A DNA stretch of 64,000 bases from Actinomycetota bacterium (GCA_040905365.1 JBBDRQ010000034.1:69151-133150); one strand, 5' to 3'; counted from the first letter of the stretch, positions 29,574 to 39,868 are shown. Numbers and translations are program-made. The notes: generated by a model from the sequence alone, not told the origin.

Positions 29574-30679
29574 CGCCCAGCTATCTCCGAGACGAGGTCC
29601 GCCATATCCTGCGCGGCGTGCGGACGGTGAAGGGACCCGATAGATTCAGACATCACGCGCAGCCCGTCAGGATCGGCTAGCAGGTTGGTAAGGACTTCAA
29701 CTACAGCTTTAGGTTCAAGGTCACAATCCATAACCAGCTTTCCTCCACCCACCTCGACCACAGCTTCAGCATTCTTGCGTTGATCGTCGTCCAATGAGAT
29801 CGGTAGCGGCACCAGCACGGCGGGCAGACCCACCGCAGCCAGTTCGGCAACCGTGCTCGCCCCGGACCGGCAGAGAGCCACGTCGCTGCACGCGTACGCC
29901 ATCTCCATGGAATCGGTGTATCCGACCACGCGGTGCACCAGGGTGTCTCCTGCCAGCTTATTGGACGCGATCCGCTCATCTACGACCTCGAAGTTTTTGG
30001 GTCCGCACAGATGCAGCACCTGCACTTCCGAGTCCCTCCACAGATCGTAGGCTTCGATTATCACCTGGTTCAGACTCCGGGCACCCTGACTCCCCCCGAA
30101 GACCAGCACCGTAGGCCGGTCCGGGGTCAACCCAAACTCTTCCCGACCGCGTGCGGCCAACTGGGATTTATCGAAATTGTGCAAAACACTACGAACCGGG
30201 TTGCCCACCAATACCGCAGCCGGCCCGAGCTGGCGCTCGGTTCCCGAGAAGCTTACGCCGACCCGCGCGGCGAACCGGAACGCCACCCGGTTTGCCAAAC
30301 CGGGGACGCTGTTTTGTTCATGAAGCGCCAGGGGAATGCGCAACGCCTTGGCAGCCAGCACCGCCGGAAGGCTTGCGTAACCGCCGGTGCCGAGCACCGC
30401 GTCGGGCCTGAAGCGCGCCAACACCCAGGCGCAGCGAAGCGTCGCCACACCGAGCATGCCCAGCGCGGCCGCGTTTCGAAAGCTCAACATAGTGCGGCCC
30501 CTGCCCAGGACGCGCACGCCGTGGAACGGGTATCCGGACGCAGGCACTATACGCGCTTCGGGCCCGCGGCTGGATCCGACAAACGTTACCTCGGCATCCC
30601 GTCGCCGCAGCTCATCGGCCACCGCGAGTCCGGGCGACAGATGGCCGGTCGTACCTCCGCCGGCGACCACTACCTTCAT
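29570..30679 (-). CDS. murG: Undecaprenyldiphospho-muramoylpentapeptide beta-N-acetylglucosaminyltransferase
   Basis: N-terminus MKVVVAGGGTTGHLSPGLAVADEL (start at internal ATG 30679) and C-terminal GT28 domain. Stop overlaps the murC start. Confidence 0.9.
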   Translation of the reverse strand: MKVVVAGGGTTGHLSPGLAVADELRRRDAEVTFVGSSRGPEARIVPASGYPFHGVRVLGRGRTMLSFRNAAALGMLGVATLRCAWVLARFRPDAVLGTGGYASLPAVLAAKALRIPLALHEQNSVPGLANRVAFRFAARVGVSFSGTERQLGPAAVLVGNPVRSVLHNFDKSQLAARGREEFGLTPDRPTVLVFGGSQGARSLNQVIIEAYDLWRDSEVQVLHLCGPKNFEVVDERIASNKLAGDTLVHRVVGYTDSMEMAYACSDVALCRSGASTVAELAAVGLPAVLVPLPISLDDDQRKNAEAVVEVGGGKLVMDCDLEPKAVVEVLTNLLADPDGLRVMSESIGSLHRPHAAQDMADLVSEIAGR

Positions 30680-30701
30680 GACAGACTCCCAACCGAAACT
30701 A

Positions 30702-31871
30702 TCACCCTCTACGTCCACTTAAAGGTTCGTGAACTCTCCTGCCGCGTCTTGCAATCGAAAGAAGAAGACCCATCGCCGCCATGGCTAGAACCAACGAGGA
30801 ACCGCCGAAAGAAATAAGCGGAAGCGGCACGCCCGTGATGGGCAGCAGACCGGAAACCGCGGCCATATTGACCAAGGCCTGCAGACCAATCCACCCCGTA
30901 ATGCCTCCGGCTACCAGTAGACCGAAGCGGTCCGGGGCGTTGCGGGCTACCCGTACCCCAAGAAATATCAAAAACGCGAACAGGAGCAATACCAGCAGTG
31001 TGCCGGCCAAACCCAACTCCTCACCAATGATCGCGAATATGAAATCGGTGTGAGCATTGGGTACGTACGACCACTTTTGCCTGCTGGCCCCAAGGCCTAC
31101 ACCGAAAAAACCGCCGCTACCGAACGCCAGCTGCCCCTGAATGATGTGGTAGCCGGTGTCGAGCGGGTCTGCCCACGGATCCAGAAAGGAGAACACCCGT
31201 TCCCTCCTATAGGCCCGGCCGAGCGCCAGCATCACCGCGGCTGCCATACCGCCGCCGGCCAGCGCCGCGACATGAGCCAACCGCGCTCCGGCGAGAAAGA
31301 GCACTACGACCATACTCCCGCCCACGATGATCGCAGTTCCCAGGTCGGGCTGAGCGATGATCAACCCCAGCATCAAAGCGGTCGCCGGAAGAATGGGTAC
31401 CGCCATCTGTGCACGGTCCCGAATCCGCACCCCCTTGGATTCCAAAACGTGGGCCGCAAAGATGATGATCGCCAGTTTGGCTATCTCCGACGGCTGAATG
31501 TTCAACGGACCCAGCACAAACCACCGACTGGATCCGCCCCTGGTGGTACCCACAAACGGCAGGATCACAAGCACCAGCATGAAAATGCAGACCGCGAACA
31601 TCGGGCGGGCCAACCCCCTCAACCTACGATAGTCCGCCTTAGCCAGCACCGTCATAGCCACCAGTCCGAGGCCGGCACCGATGGACTGGCGGTAGAAATA
31701 CGAAAAGGACGAACCGGACTCCCGAAAGGCCTGGACCGATGACGCGGACAGCACCATGACCAGCCCTAAAACCGCCATTGCCAGGACGGTGAATAGCAGC
31801 GGTAGCTGCGGGCGCTGCAGTATCCGGCGTATCCGAGCGCTGCGTTGCGGTGCGGTGGCAACCGAGTTCAA
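30702..31871 (-). CDS. ftsW: SEDS-family peptidoglycan glycosyltransferase FtsW
   Basis: 389-aa 10-TM SEDS protein in the canonical slot upstream of murG. Confidence 0.88.
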   Translation of the reverse strand: MNSVATAPQRSARIRRILQRPQLPLLFTVLAMAVLGLVMVLSASSVQAFRESGSSFSYFYRQSIGAGLGLVAMTVLAKADYRRLRGLARPMFAVCIFMLVLVILPFVGTTRGGSSRWFVLGPLNIQPSEIAKLAIIIFAAHVLESKGVRIRDRAQMAVPILPATALMLGLIIAQPDLGTAIIVGGSMVVVLFLAGARLAHVAALAGGGMAAAVMLALGRAYRRERVFSFLDPWADPLDTGYHIIQGQLAFGSGGFFGVGLGASRQKWSYVPNAHTDFIFAIIGEELGLAGTLLVLLLFAFLIFLGVRVARNAPDRFGLLVAGGITGWIGLQALVNMAAVSGLLPITGVPLPLISFGGSSLVLAMAAMGLLLSIARRGRRVHEPLSGRRG

Positions 31872-32000
31872 AAGCTGCGCGCCTTTCCGATCGTGAAGCG
31901 GTCAATCAAATTGGATCCCTCTGCCTCCGTATGCCCTCCGGACATTCTGGACGCGCAGGCCGTCTGCCGACCGGATATCCGCACGGGCGGTCGCCCCCCT

Positions 32001-33053
32001 TTATCCGATTCCGCCGGCTGCTATGAACTCCGCGTAGAACAACCCGAGGCCAAAGGCGATCGAAAGGGCAGCCAAGACCCAGAACCTCACGATTACCGTG
32101 AACTCGGGCCAGCCGGCCAGCTCGAAGTGATGGTGTATAGGAGCCATCAGGAAAAGCCGGCGTCCGAAGAGCCGGTACGAGATGACCTGAAGGACAACCG
32201 AGGAGACCTCCACCACAAAAAGACCGCCGAGCACAATGAGCAGCAGTTGGGTATTGGTCAAAATCGCGAGCGCCGCCATCCCGCCGCCGAGCGCCAGCGA
32301 TCCGGTATCCCCCATGAAAATCTTCGCCGGCGCCGCGTTCCACCACAGGAAGCCGGCGGAGGCCCCCAGCATCGCTGCGGCAACCATCGCCAGATCAAGA
32401 GAGTGGGGAGCGTGGTAACAGCCGGCGGAAAGCCCGCCGGGGCCGCCGCATGGGTGCCGAACCTGCCAGAACGCAATAATGACGTAAGCACCCATAACCA
32501 TCGCTCCAGATCCGCAACACAGGCCGTCAAGGCCGTCCGCCAAGTTGGTACCGTTGGACGAGGCGGAGATGATCACAAATATCCAAACCACGAACAGCAC
32601 CCCCAACCCGACCCCCAGAGGCCGAACGAACGACACCTCCCGAGCCGCTTGGGTATGCGGCGAGATTGCTACGAAGGCCAGTGCGATCAGCGCCTGGCCC
32701 AGCAGCTTGGCCGTCTTGTTCAACCCCAAGGATCGACGGCGGTTGACCTTTAGGTAATCGTCTACGAACCCCAAAAGCCCCATCGAGAGGATGGTGCCGA
32801 CCGCCAGCAAGCCGCTGCTGGTCAAAGGCGTGAGACCGGGAATCAGATGGGCGACAAAAAACCCGATGAGCGCGCCCCCTACGATCACCAACCCGCCCAT
32901 GGTGGGCGTACCGCGCTTGACAAAGTGGGCCTGAGGTCCGTCCTCGCGTACGAACTGGCCGATCTTTTTGGTAGTGAGAATGCGGATGGCCAGCGGCGTC
33001 AGCACCAGAACCAACAGAAAAGCTACCGCCGCGGCGACCAGAATCCTGATCAA
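32001..33053 (-). CDS. mraY: Phospho-N-acetylmuramoyl-pentapeptide transferase
   Basis: 350-aa polytopic protein with MraY N-terminus and the conserved GTPTMGG / DDxxD-like regions. Stop overlaps the murF start. Confidence 0.93.
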   Translation of the reverse strand: MIRILVAAAVAFLLVLVLTPLAIRILTTKKIGQFVREDGPQAHFVKRGTPTMGGLVIVGGALIGFFVAHLIPGLTPLTSSGLLAVGTILSMGLLGFVDDYLKVNRRRSLGLNKTAKLLGQALIALAFVAISPHTQAAREVSFVRPLGVGLGVLFVVWIFVIISASSNGTNLADGLDGLCCGSGAMVMGAYVIIAFWQVRHPCGGPGGLSAGCYHAPHSLDLAMVAAAMLGASAGFLWWNAAPAKIFMGDTGSLALGGGMAALAILTNTQLLLIVLGGLFVVEVSSVVLQVISYRLFGRRLFLMAPIHHHFELAGWPEFTVIVRFWVLAALSIAFGLGLFYAEFIAAGGIG

Positions 33054-34423
33054 CCGCCTAAACCGCCCCTCAAGATCTCAATCACGCGCTCCAAAGCCGC
33101 GACGCGGGACCCCTTTACCAAGACCACGTCTGAGGATTCAAGTTTGCCGACGGCTTCAGCCGCCTGTTCGGCGTTCTCGACAACGGCCACTTCCCTCATA
33201 CCCGCATCCTTGGCACCGACGGCGATCGGTTCGGCGGAGGCGCCGACTACGACCAGCCGGTCGGTAAGCGAGGCGGCCAGAGCACCGATACGCCGGTGCT
33301 CTGTGTGCTCAAGATCTCCCAACTCGGCCATATGCCCGAGCACGGCAACCAAACGGCCACCCTCGGCCATATGCGCACAAGTCTGCAAAGCAGCAGTCAC
33401 CGAGGTCGGGTTGGCGTTGTAGGCGTCGTTGACCAAGATCGCTCCCCGAAGTCCCTCTACCTGCATCCTCCAGGGGGACAGCAACGCACTTTCCAGACCA
33501 ACCCGGCAGTCCTGCAAGGTCAAGCCCAACGCCAGAGCCCCCGCTGAAGCTGCGAGCGCATTGTGCACCTGATGTTTGCCACTGACCGACAGAGTCACCC
33601 ACACGCTCTCGCTTGCGCGCAGAATTCGAAACGTCGGCCGACCCATCCGGTCAAGACGCACGCCATCGGCTCGGAGCCACGCTCCGCCGGATAGGCCGTA
33701 GGTGAGCACCTCCACCTCGGCGGAAAGCCCCGAGCCCATCTTCATCACCTTTTCGTCGTCGGCATTCAAGATGGCCGCCCCGCCGGCCGGTAGAGCCTTG
33801 ACCAGCTCCGTTTTGGCCGAGGCAATGGCCTCGGCCGAGCCGAACTGTTCATAGTGGGTAACGCCGATGTTGGTCAAAATCCCAATATGCGGTCGCGCAA
33901 TTTCACAAAGATCCGTGATGTGTCCCGCTCCCCGCGCCCCCATCTCGAGCATGACCACGTCGGTGTCCAAGCGGGTACGCAGCAACGTCAACGGAACGCC
34001 CAGCTCGTTGTTGAACGACTTTTCCGACGCCACCGTCTTCAGACGCTTCCCGGCAATAGACGCCACTAGGTCCTTCACCGACGTCTTGCCCGTCGATCCG
34101 GTGATGCCAACCACCGTCGGACTGAACACATCCCGCACCCAGCCCGCCGCGCGGCCCAGCGCCTGGAGGGCGTCCTCAACGTAAATGTACGGACCGTCCC
34201 CCACCTCTACGCCTCGCCTCACCACCGCTGCCGTTGCCCCGGCCGCCAGCGCCTCCGCGACAAAGTCGTGGCCGTCGGCTCTAACCCCCGGCAACGCGAA
34301 GAACACGTCCCCGGGCCGGACCCGCCTTGAATCCGCCGCCGCGCCGTGCACCTTTGCCCGCGGGTTCACGCCCTCGGCAACCCCGCCGACCACTCTGGCC
34401 AGCTCTTCCACGGTCAGGTTCAA
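33050..34423 (-). CDS. murF: UDP-MurNAc-tripeptide--D-alanyl-D-alanine ligase
   Basis: P-loop GITGSTGKTSVKD and MurF-type DAYNANP motif. This is not MurD: no NDSKATN motif. Confidence 0.9.
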   Translation of the reverse strand: MNLTVEELARVVGGVAEGVNPRAKVHGAAADSRRVRPGDVFFALPGVRADGHDFVAEALAAGATAAVVRRGVEVGDGPYIYVEDALQALGRAAGWVRDVFSPTVVGITGSTGKTSVKDLVASIAGKRLKTVASEKSFNNELGVPLTLLRTRLDTDVVMLEMGARGAGHITDLCEIARPHIGILTNIGVTHYEQFGSAEAIASAKTELVKALPAGGAAILNADDEKVMKMGSGLSAEVEVLTYGLSGGAWLRADGVRLDRMGRPTFRILRASESVWVTLSVSGKHQVHNALAASAGALALGLTLQDCRVGLESALLSPWRMQVEGLRGAILVNDAYNANPTSVTAALQTCAHMAEGGRLVAVLGHMAELGDLEHTEHRRIGALAASLTDRLVVVGASAEPIAVGAKDAGMREVAVVENAEQAAEAVGKLESSDVVLVKGSRVAALERVIEILRGGLGG

Positions 34424-35898
34424 AGCAACTCCCTCAACATTTGCGCCGCCACGTCACGATCGTCGAACGGCAGCACCCGGCCGTCCACTTCTTGATAGGT
34501 CTCGTGGCCCTTACCTGCCACTACCACTACATCGCCGGTGCGGGCCCGGCTCACCGCCGCCCTAATCGCCTCGGCCCGATCTTCAATGATCACGTATCCG
34601 CCACGGGGAGGCGAGTTGACCAGCCCCTGCTCGATATCCCGCAGTATGGCCTCGGGATCCTCCCCCCTCGGGTTGTCCGAGGTGACGATGGCCACGTCGG
34701 CAGCCTCAGCCACCGCCTGGGCCATCAGCGGCCGTTTTGCCTTGTCCCGGTCGCCGCCGCAGCCGAAAACCGTTATTACCTGCGCATCCGCCAGGTCCCG
34801 GGCCGCCCTCAGCACGCTTACCAAACTGTCGGGCGTATGAGCGTAGTCGACCAGCACCAAGAAGTCCTGCCCGAGCTTGACCGGCTCAAACCGGCCCGGC
34901 ACGGCTTCGAGCCCCTCGATCCCGGCCGCGGCCGCGTCGGCCGGTATACCCATGCATAGCGCAGCTACCGTCGCTGCGAGCGCGTTGGAAACGTTAAAGG
35001 CCCCGGGCAGCCGCACGCGTACCCGTTGATCGACGCCGTCGCCCCGAACAACAAAAGTTGAGCCGTCTGCATCGGACACGACCTCGGCCGCCCTGATGTC
35101 CGCCTCGTTGTTCACCCCGAACGACACCTTCCGACCTTCCACACTCCGCAGCAACCGCCGGCCGTACTTGTCGTCGGCGTTGATCACCGCCGTCCGGACA
35201 TCAAACTCCCTAAACAGGCGGGCCTTGGCCCGGAAGTAGGCCTCCATGTTCTTGTGGTGATCCAGGTGGTCATGGGTAAGGTTGGTAAACACCGCCGCCT
35301 CGAACTTCGTGCCTTCGGTGCGGCCCGACTCAATACCTATCGAGGTGGCTTCGAGGGCACAGCGGTTTACATCCCGGTCGACCATTTCCGCAAGGAGCCG
35401 CTGAATATCTACCGCCTCCGGCGTGGTCCGGGTAGCGGGCCGGCGGTCTCCTGCTACGCGGCATTCCACCGTTCCTATCAAGCCCGCTGGATCGCCTGCA
35501 GCCCTGAATATGGACTCCAGCATAAAACAGGTGGTGGTCTTCCCGTTGGTCCCGGTAACTCCCGCCACCTTAACTCTGTGGCTCGGATTACCGTAGAAAG
35601 GCCCCGCCAACGCCCCCATAGCCCTTCGCGAGTTTTCCACTATAAGCTGCGGTACCTCCATCGGGACCGGAAGCTCCACGCGCCGTTCGCAGACCAGGGC
35701 CGCCGCTCCTGCCTGCACCGCCTCTACAGCCCTATCGTGTCCGTCGGTATGAGCACCCACCACGCAGAAGAACAGGCATCCCGGAACCACCGCACGCGAG
35801 TCGTATCGAAGATCGGTCACCGCAATTTCCCCGGCCTCCGGAGGCACATCGCATCCCCACAGTCGTCCGATGGTGCCCAGCCTCATACCAACGGTCAC
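34420..35898 (-). CDS. murE: UDP-MurNAc-L-Ala-D-Glu--2,6-diaminopimelate (or L-Lys) ligase
   Basis: GVTGTNGKTTTCFML P-loop and VDYAHTPDSL motif. Confidence 0.92.
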   Translation of the reverse strand: MTVGMRLGTIGRLWGCDVPPEAGEIAVTDLRYDSRAVVPGCLFFCVVGAHTDGHDRAVEAVQAGAAALVCERRVELPVPMEVPQLIVENSRRAMGALAGPFYGNPSHRVKVAGVTGTNGKTTTCFMLESIFRAAGDPAGLIGTVECRVAGDRRPATRTTPEAVDIQRLLAEMVDRDVNRCALEATSIGIESGRTEGTKFEAAVFTNLTHDHLDHHKNMEAYFRAKARLFREFDVRTAVINADDKYGRRLLRSVEGRKVSFGVNNEADIRAAEVVSDADGSTFVVRGDGVDQRVRVRLPGAFNVSNALAATVAALCMGIPADAAAAGIEGLEAVPGRFEPVKLGQDFLVLVDYAHTPDSLVSVLRAARDLADAQVITVFGCGGDRDKAKRPLMAQAVAEAADVAIVTSDNPRGEDPEAILRDIEQGLVNSPPRGGYVIIEDRAEAIRAAVSRARTGDVVVVAGKGHETYQEVDGRVLPFDDRDVAAQMLRELL

Positions 35899-35902
35899 GG
35901 CG

Positions 35903-37621
35903 CTAACGGGTCGCAGCGGCCAACGAGGTGCTGTCCGTATCCATCGGTCCTGCGTCGGAGCTCCGCAGCCTCCTCAGGGCAAACTCCATTACCTCTTGAA
36001 ACGTGACCGCCGCGGTTTGGCCGGCAAGAATGGGATTCGGGTCATCTAGGACCACCGAAACCACGAGGCGGGGATTGTCGGCGGGAGCAAAGCCAGCGAA
36101 GGTAGCCATGTATCCCGAGTATCCCCCCTCCGACGCCTTCTGTGCCGTACCGGTCTTGCCGGCCACCAAGTAACCGGGCACCCGAGCGGCGCTTCCGGTG
36201 CCTATCTCGTCCTCGGTCACGCCCACGAGAATATCGGTCACCTGCCTAGCCGTAGCTTGCTCAATCACTCGCTGCGGCGCCGGGTGCTCCGGCGCTTCAA
36301 CTACCCCGTCGGCCCCCACCGTACCCTTGATCAGCCTGGGCTCCGCAGCCAGTCCCCCGGCGGCCAGAGTGGCGAAAGCGTTGGCAACCTGAATCGGAGT
36401 ACCGGCGAAACTCTGCCCGATAGAGATAGTTCCTAGCGACGTGCCCCACCACTGGCTGGGCTCCGGAAGGATTCCGGAGGCCTCGGCGGGGAAATCGATC
36501 CCGGTCGGCCGGCCGAAGCCGAACCGCCGCAGGTACTCGTACAGCCTCTCCTCTCCCAACCGTTGGGCCACCTGAATAGTCCCAACGTTGGAAGAGGACT
36601 GAATGACCTCGGCAAAGGATAGTTCCTGTACCGGATGCACGTGAGAATCCTTGAATACCTTACCCCCGACCTTGAGGCGGTCGGCGACGCGCATGCGCTC
36701 GGCGGGAGAGGTTACCCGGCTTTCGAGCCCAGCCGCGGCGGTTACCACCTTGGTTACTGAGCCCGGCTCGTAGAGGTCGGTTACCGCGCGGTTGCGCCGG
36801 CTCTGCGCATCGCTAGAGTCCAGATCGCGGGGGTCGAATGCCGGAGTATTGGCCATAGCCAGAATCTCACGGGACGCCGGATCCATGACCACGATCGAGC
36901 CGCTCCCGGCCCCCCACCGTTCTGCCGCGCGCTCCAGCGCCGCCTCGGCCTCGTGCTGAATCTGACGGTCTAGGGTCAGGATAATGTCGCTGCCCGAAAT
37001 CGCCTCCTTCACCGAGGATTCCCCGACGGGGATCTGCCGGCCTAGCGGGTCGCGCTCCACCATGACTTTACCGTCGCGTCCCGTCAGCAGATCGTCGTAC
37101 ATGTACTCCAAGCCCCCCAGGCCCTCGTTTTCCGTACCCACAAAACCCACTACTTGCGAGGCGAGCGAGCCCGCAGGGTAAAGGCGCTTTGATTCGGGGA
37201 CCAGATGGATTCCCGGCAGCTGCAACTGCGCCACCTGAGCGGCCACCGACTCATCCACCTTGCGCGCCAGATACACGAACCCTGAATCCCGCGTGATCTT
37301 TTCCAGCAGCGGCCCGACCTCCAGATCCAACACGGGCGCCAACGCTTCAGCCGTACGTCCGGGATCGGTTACCTGATGAGGGTCGGCAAACACGGTCTTC
37401 ACGTCCACCGAGATCGCCAGCTCGGTCCCGTCTGAAGCGAGGATCGACCCCCGCTGAGCCGGCACGATCAGGGTTCGCTGCCTCTGGGCAGCCGCCATCT
37501 CGGTGAGACGGCTCGAATCTACAATCTGCAACCAGAACATCCGGGTCGCCACAATCCCAAAACCCACAAACAGGGCCGCAAGCAGGCTAAACAGGCGAAT
37601 GGACTTCGATTTCGTCGCCAC
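35903..37621 (-). CDS. ftsI: Class B penicillin-binding protein, septal transpeptidase
   Basis: N-terminal TM, PBP dimerisation domain, and transpeptidase motifs (STVK-like SVTK, SSN, KTGT). Confidence 0.9.
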   Translation of the reverse strand: MATKSKSIRLFSLLAALFVGFGIVATRMFWLQIVDSSRLTEMAAAQRQRTLIVPAQRGSILASDGTELAISVDVKTVFADPHQVTDPGRTAEALAPVLDLEVGPLLEKITRDSGFVYLARKVDESVAAQVAQLQLPGIHLVPESKRLYPAGSLASQVVGFVGTENEGLGGLEYMYDDLLTGRDGKVMVERDPLGRQIPVGESSVKEAISGSDIILTLDRQIQHEAEAALERAAERWGAGSGSIVVMDPASREILAMANTPAFDPRDLDSSDAQSRRNRAVTDLYEPGSVTKVVTAAAGLESRVTSPAERMRVADRLKVGGKVFKDSHVHPVQELSFAEVIQSSSNVGTIQVAQRLGEERLYEYLRRFGFGRPTGIDFPAEASGILPEPSQWWGTSLGTISIGQSFAGTPIQVANAFATLAAGGLAAEPRLIKGTVGADGVVEAPEHPAPQRVIEQATARQVTDILVGVTEDEIGTGSAARVPGYLVAGKTGTAQKASEGGYSGYMATFAGFAPADNPRLVVSVVLDDPNPILAGQTAAVTFQEVMEFALRRLRSSDAGPMDTDSTSLAAATR

Positions 37622-37626
37622 GCGGC

Positions 37627-38025
37627 TCAGTCCAGCTGTTGCAGTTGAACCGGCACGACCAGACCCAGCTCGACGGCCATTTGCGAAACCGTCGCCGGGG
37701 ACTCCGCCTGAGCCACCTCGCTGCGCAACTGCCGCTGCCGCGAACGCTCCTCCGCCACTTTCGACTGCACTTCGGACAGGGCAAAAGACGTCTGAGCCAG
37801 ATATATATTGAGCAACACCAACCCGAATACGACAACACCGGCGAGCAGGACGCTGGGTAGCACCCGGCTGCGTCGCGCAGGCCGGGCCGCCGGCCTCGAC
37901 GCCGGCCGTTGAGAAGGGGCCTTGCGCGGCGCCGGCACGGGGCTGGTGACTACACGCACAGGACTCTCCGGCAACGGTGCGTAGTGCCGGGCGGGAGCAG
38001 CTGCCTGTTTCGTTGCCGCCATCAA
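37627..38025 (-). CDS. ftsL: FtsL-like septum formation initiator
   Basis: 132 aa with a Pro/Ala/Arg-rich cytoplasmic tail, a single TM and a short coiled-coil, positioned between rsmH and ftsI. Confidence 0.7.
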   Translation of the reverse strand: MMAATKQAAAPARHYAPLPESPVRVVTSPVPAPRKAPSQRPASRPAARPARRSRVLPSVLLAGVVVFGLVLLNIYLAQTSFALSEVQSKVAEERSRQRQLRSEVAQAESPATVSQMAVELGLVVPVQLQQLD

Positions 38026-38990
38026 GCCACCTCCTCGAGCTTTTCGGCCACCCTCAGACGGGCACTGTCGGAACGGGGATTACGCTCGACCTCCTGCGCG
38101 TCCGGCCGAACGGGCTTGCCCGTGAGAACTTTCAGTTGCGGCCTGGCGCCACAGACGCAAACCGGAAAGTCCTTCGGACATGTACACTCCGCGGCCGACT
38201 GCCTGAAGAATCGCTTCACAATGCGATCCTCAAGCGAGTGGTAGCTGATGACGGCTAAACGGCCGCCCGCCCGCAGCCGGGAGACCGCCAGATCCAACGA
38301 ACCGCTCAGGCTGCCCAACTCATCGTTGACCTCGATCCTCAGCGCTTGGAAGGTCCGCCGCGCCGGGTGGGGGCCGGCGCGTCGCGACGCCGCAGGAATA
38401 GACCCGCGCACAACATCGGCCAGGTCGGCGGCGTCTTGAAACGTTTTGGACGCTCTGCGGCTGACGATCGCCCGCGCGATGCGCCGCGCATAGCGCTCCT
38501 CGCCGTACTCGAACAAGACCCGGCCCAACTCCTGGACCGAATACCCATTGACGATGTCGGCCGCCGTTAGCGATGAGCTTTGATCCATCCGCATGTCGAG
38601 ACTGGAGCCGGACCGATAGCTGAAGCCTCGCTCGGGCCGGTCCAGCTGGGCAGAACTGACCCCGAGGTCATAAAGAACTGCTCCGACCTGTGCGTGTCCC
38701 ATCGAATCCACCACCTCGTCCAAATCTAGAAAATTTCCCTTGGCCAACTTCACCCGGGCTCCAAAGGACTCCAGCCGAGCCCGCGCCGCCTCCAGAGCCT
38801 GCTCGTCGCGATCGATTCCGATAACCGTCAGGCGGTCAAAGGTCTGAAGGAAAGCTTCGGCATGACCTCCGCCGCCCACCGTGCAGTCGACCAACACATC
38901 CGTCGACTGCAGAGCCGGCCCAAGCCACTCGAGTGCGGCCGGGACCAAGACCGGATCGTGCCTGAAACTCGGCGCCGCGCCCTCCGCCAA
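38022..38990 (-). CDS. rsmH: 16S rRNA (cytosine1402-N4)-methyltransferase
   Basis: SAM-binding region DCTVGGGGHAE and family-wide similarity. Follows mraZ. Confidence 0.92.
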   Translation of the reverse strand: MAEGAAPSFRHDPVLVPAALEWLGPALQSTDVLVDCTVGGGGHAEAFLQTFDRLTVIGIDRDEQALEAARARLESFGARVKLAKGNFLDLDEVVDSMGHAQVGAVLYDLGVSSAQLDRPERGFSYRSGSSLDMRMDQSSSLTAADIVNGYSVQELGRVLFEYGEERYARRIARAIVSRRASKTFQDAADLADVVRGSIPAASRRAGPHPARRTFQALRIEVNDELGSLSGSLDLAVSRLRAGGRLAVISYHSLEDRIVKRFFRQSAAECTCPKDFPVCVCGARPQLKVLTGKPVRPDAQEVERNPRSDSARLRVAEKLEEVA

Positions 38991-39214
38991 GCCGCTATCT
39001 GAGGACCCGGAGCAAAAACAGCGCCAGCCCGAGGTATCCGCTCAGGACTGACGCAGCCACCCCCAGCAACATGCACGTCTGACGAAGCTCCCTATTCAGC
39101 AAAGATGTTGATGTTCCACCCATCACACACAGCTCCCTTCCCGGTTGACCCGGACCACTTGGACCTGACGCTCCCCGCAGGGGCGACTTACTGCGTGTCA
39201 CGCTGTGCCACCTG

Positions 39215-39634
39215 TCAGTCAAGTTGTTCCGCAATAGATTCGTAATCTGCCTCCACGCCTTGTTTGTAGTGCGACCAAGCCTCGCGATCCCAGATCTCGG
39301 CCCGATCCGACACGCCTATAAAAGCCGCCTCTTTTCCGAGTCCCGCGTACTGCCGCAGCCCTGCCGGAATCGACATACGACCCGACTTGTCGATCGCCTC
39401 CTCCGACGCCGAAGAAAAGAACAGCCGGTTGTAATCCCGGTTGGCCTTACGATCCGGCGAGTGCTGCTGCAGGTGCGCGGCTCGCTGCTCAAACTGCTCT
39501 TTGGTCATAACGAAAAGACAGCGCTCCAGACCGGCGGTCACCACCACTTCCTCAGACAGTTCGGCCCGCCACTTGGCAGGCAAGAACACCCGGCCCTTGG
39601 CGTCGACCGTGTGCATGAACTCTCCGAGCAACAT
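39215..39634 (-). CDS. mraZ: Transcriptional regulator MraZ
   Basis: Two MraZ/SpoVT-AbrB-like halves (DAKGRVFLPAKWR... and DKSGRMSIPAGLR...). Start set at internal ATG (MLLGEFMHTV...). Confidence 0.9.
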   Translation of the reverse strand: MLLGEFMHTVDAKGRVFLPAKWRAELSEEVVVTAGLERCLFVMTKEQFEQRAAHLQQHSPDRKANRDYNRLFFSSASEEAIDKSGRMSIPAGLRQYAGLGKEAAFIGVSDRAEIWDREAWSHYKQGVEADYESIAEQLD

Positions 39635-39729
39635 CTGTGGGCTCCTTGGGCGGTCCATCAATCCTGTTAGAGCGCATCCGCTTCGACATACGTTGCCGGA
39701 AGGGGTGCCGGCGGTTCTGCACCACCTTG

Positions 39730-39777
39730 CGCCACATTACGCCACAAAAATCCCCACAGTCAACGTTCTCCGCCACT
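39730..39777 (-). promoter_or_regulatory. Candidate MraZ operator: four GTGG(G/C)G direct repeats upstream of mraZ
   Basis: On the mraZ strand the repeats read GTGGCG / GTGGGG / GTGGCG / GTGGCG, at + strand 39730-35, 39740-45, 39752-57 and 39771-76. Two pairs have a 10-nt spacing, 70-115 nt upstream of the mraZ start, resembling the GTGGG-type direct-repeat MraZ boxes known from other bacteria. Confidence 0.5.
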
Positions 39778-39868
39778 TGGGCGCGCAATTACAGTCGTGT
39801 AATTTGACGCGACGCATTTATATGCAACGACTATGCGGATACTCCGGCGGCTGGGTGCCTAGTGCTCA

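Noticed and set aside
31872-32000. Possible remnant of murD in the mraY-ftsW gap
   Set aside because: Only 129 nt with no ORF. It is too short to judge by eye whether any MurD-derived sequence remains.
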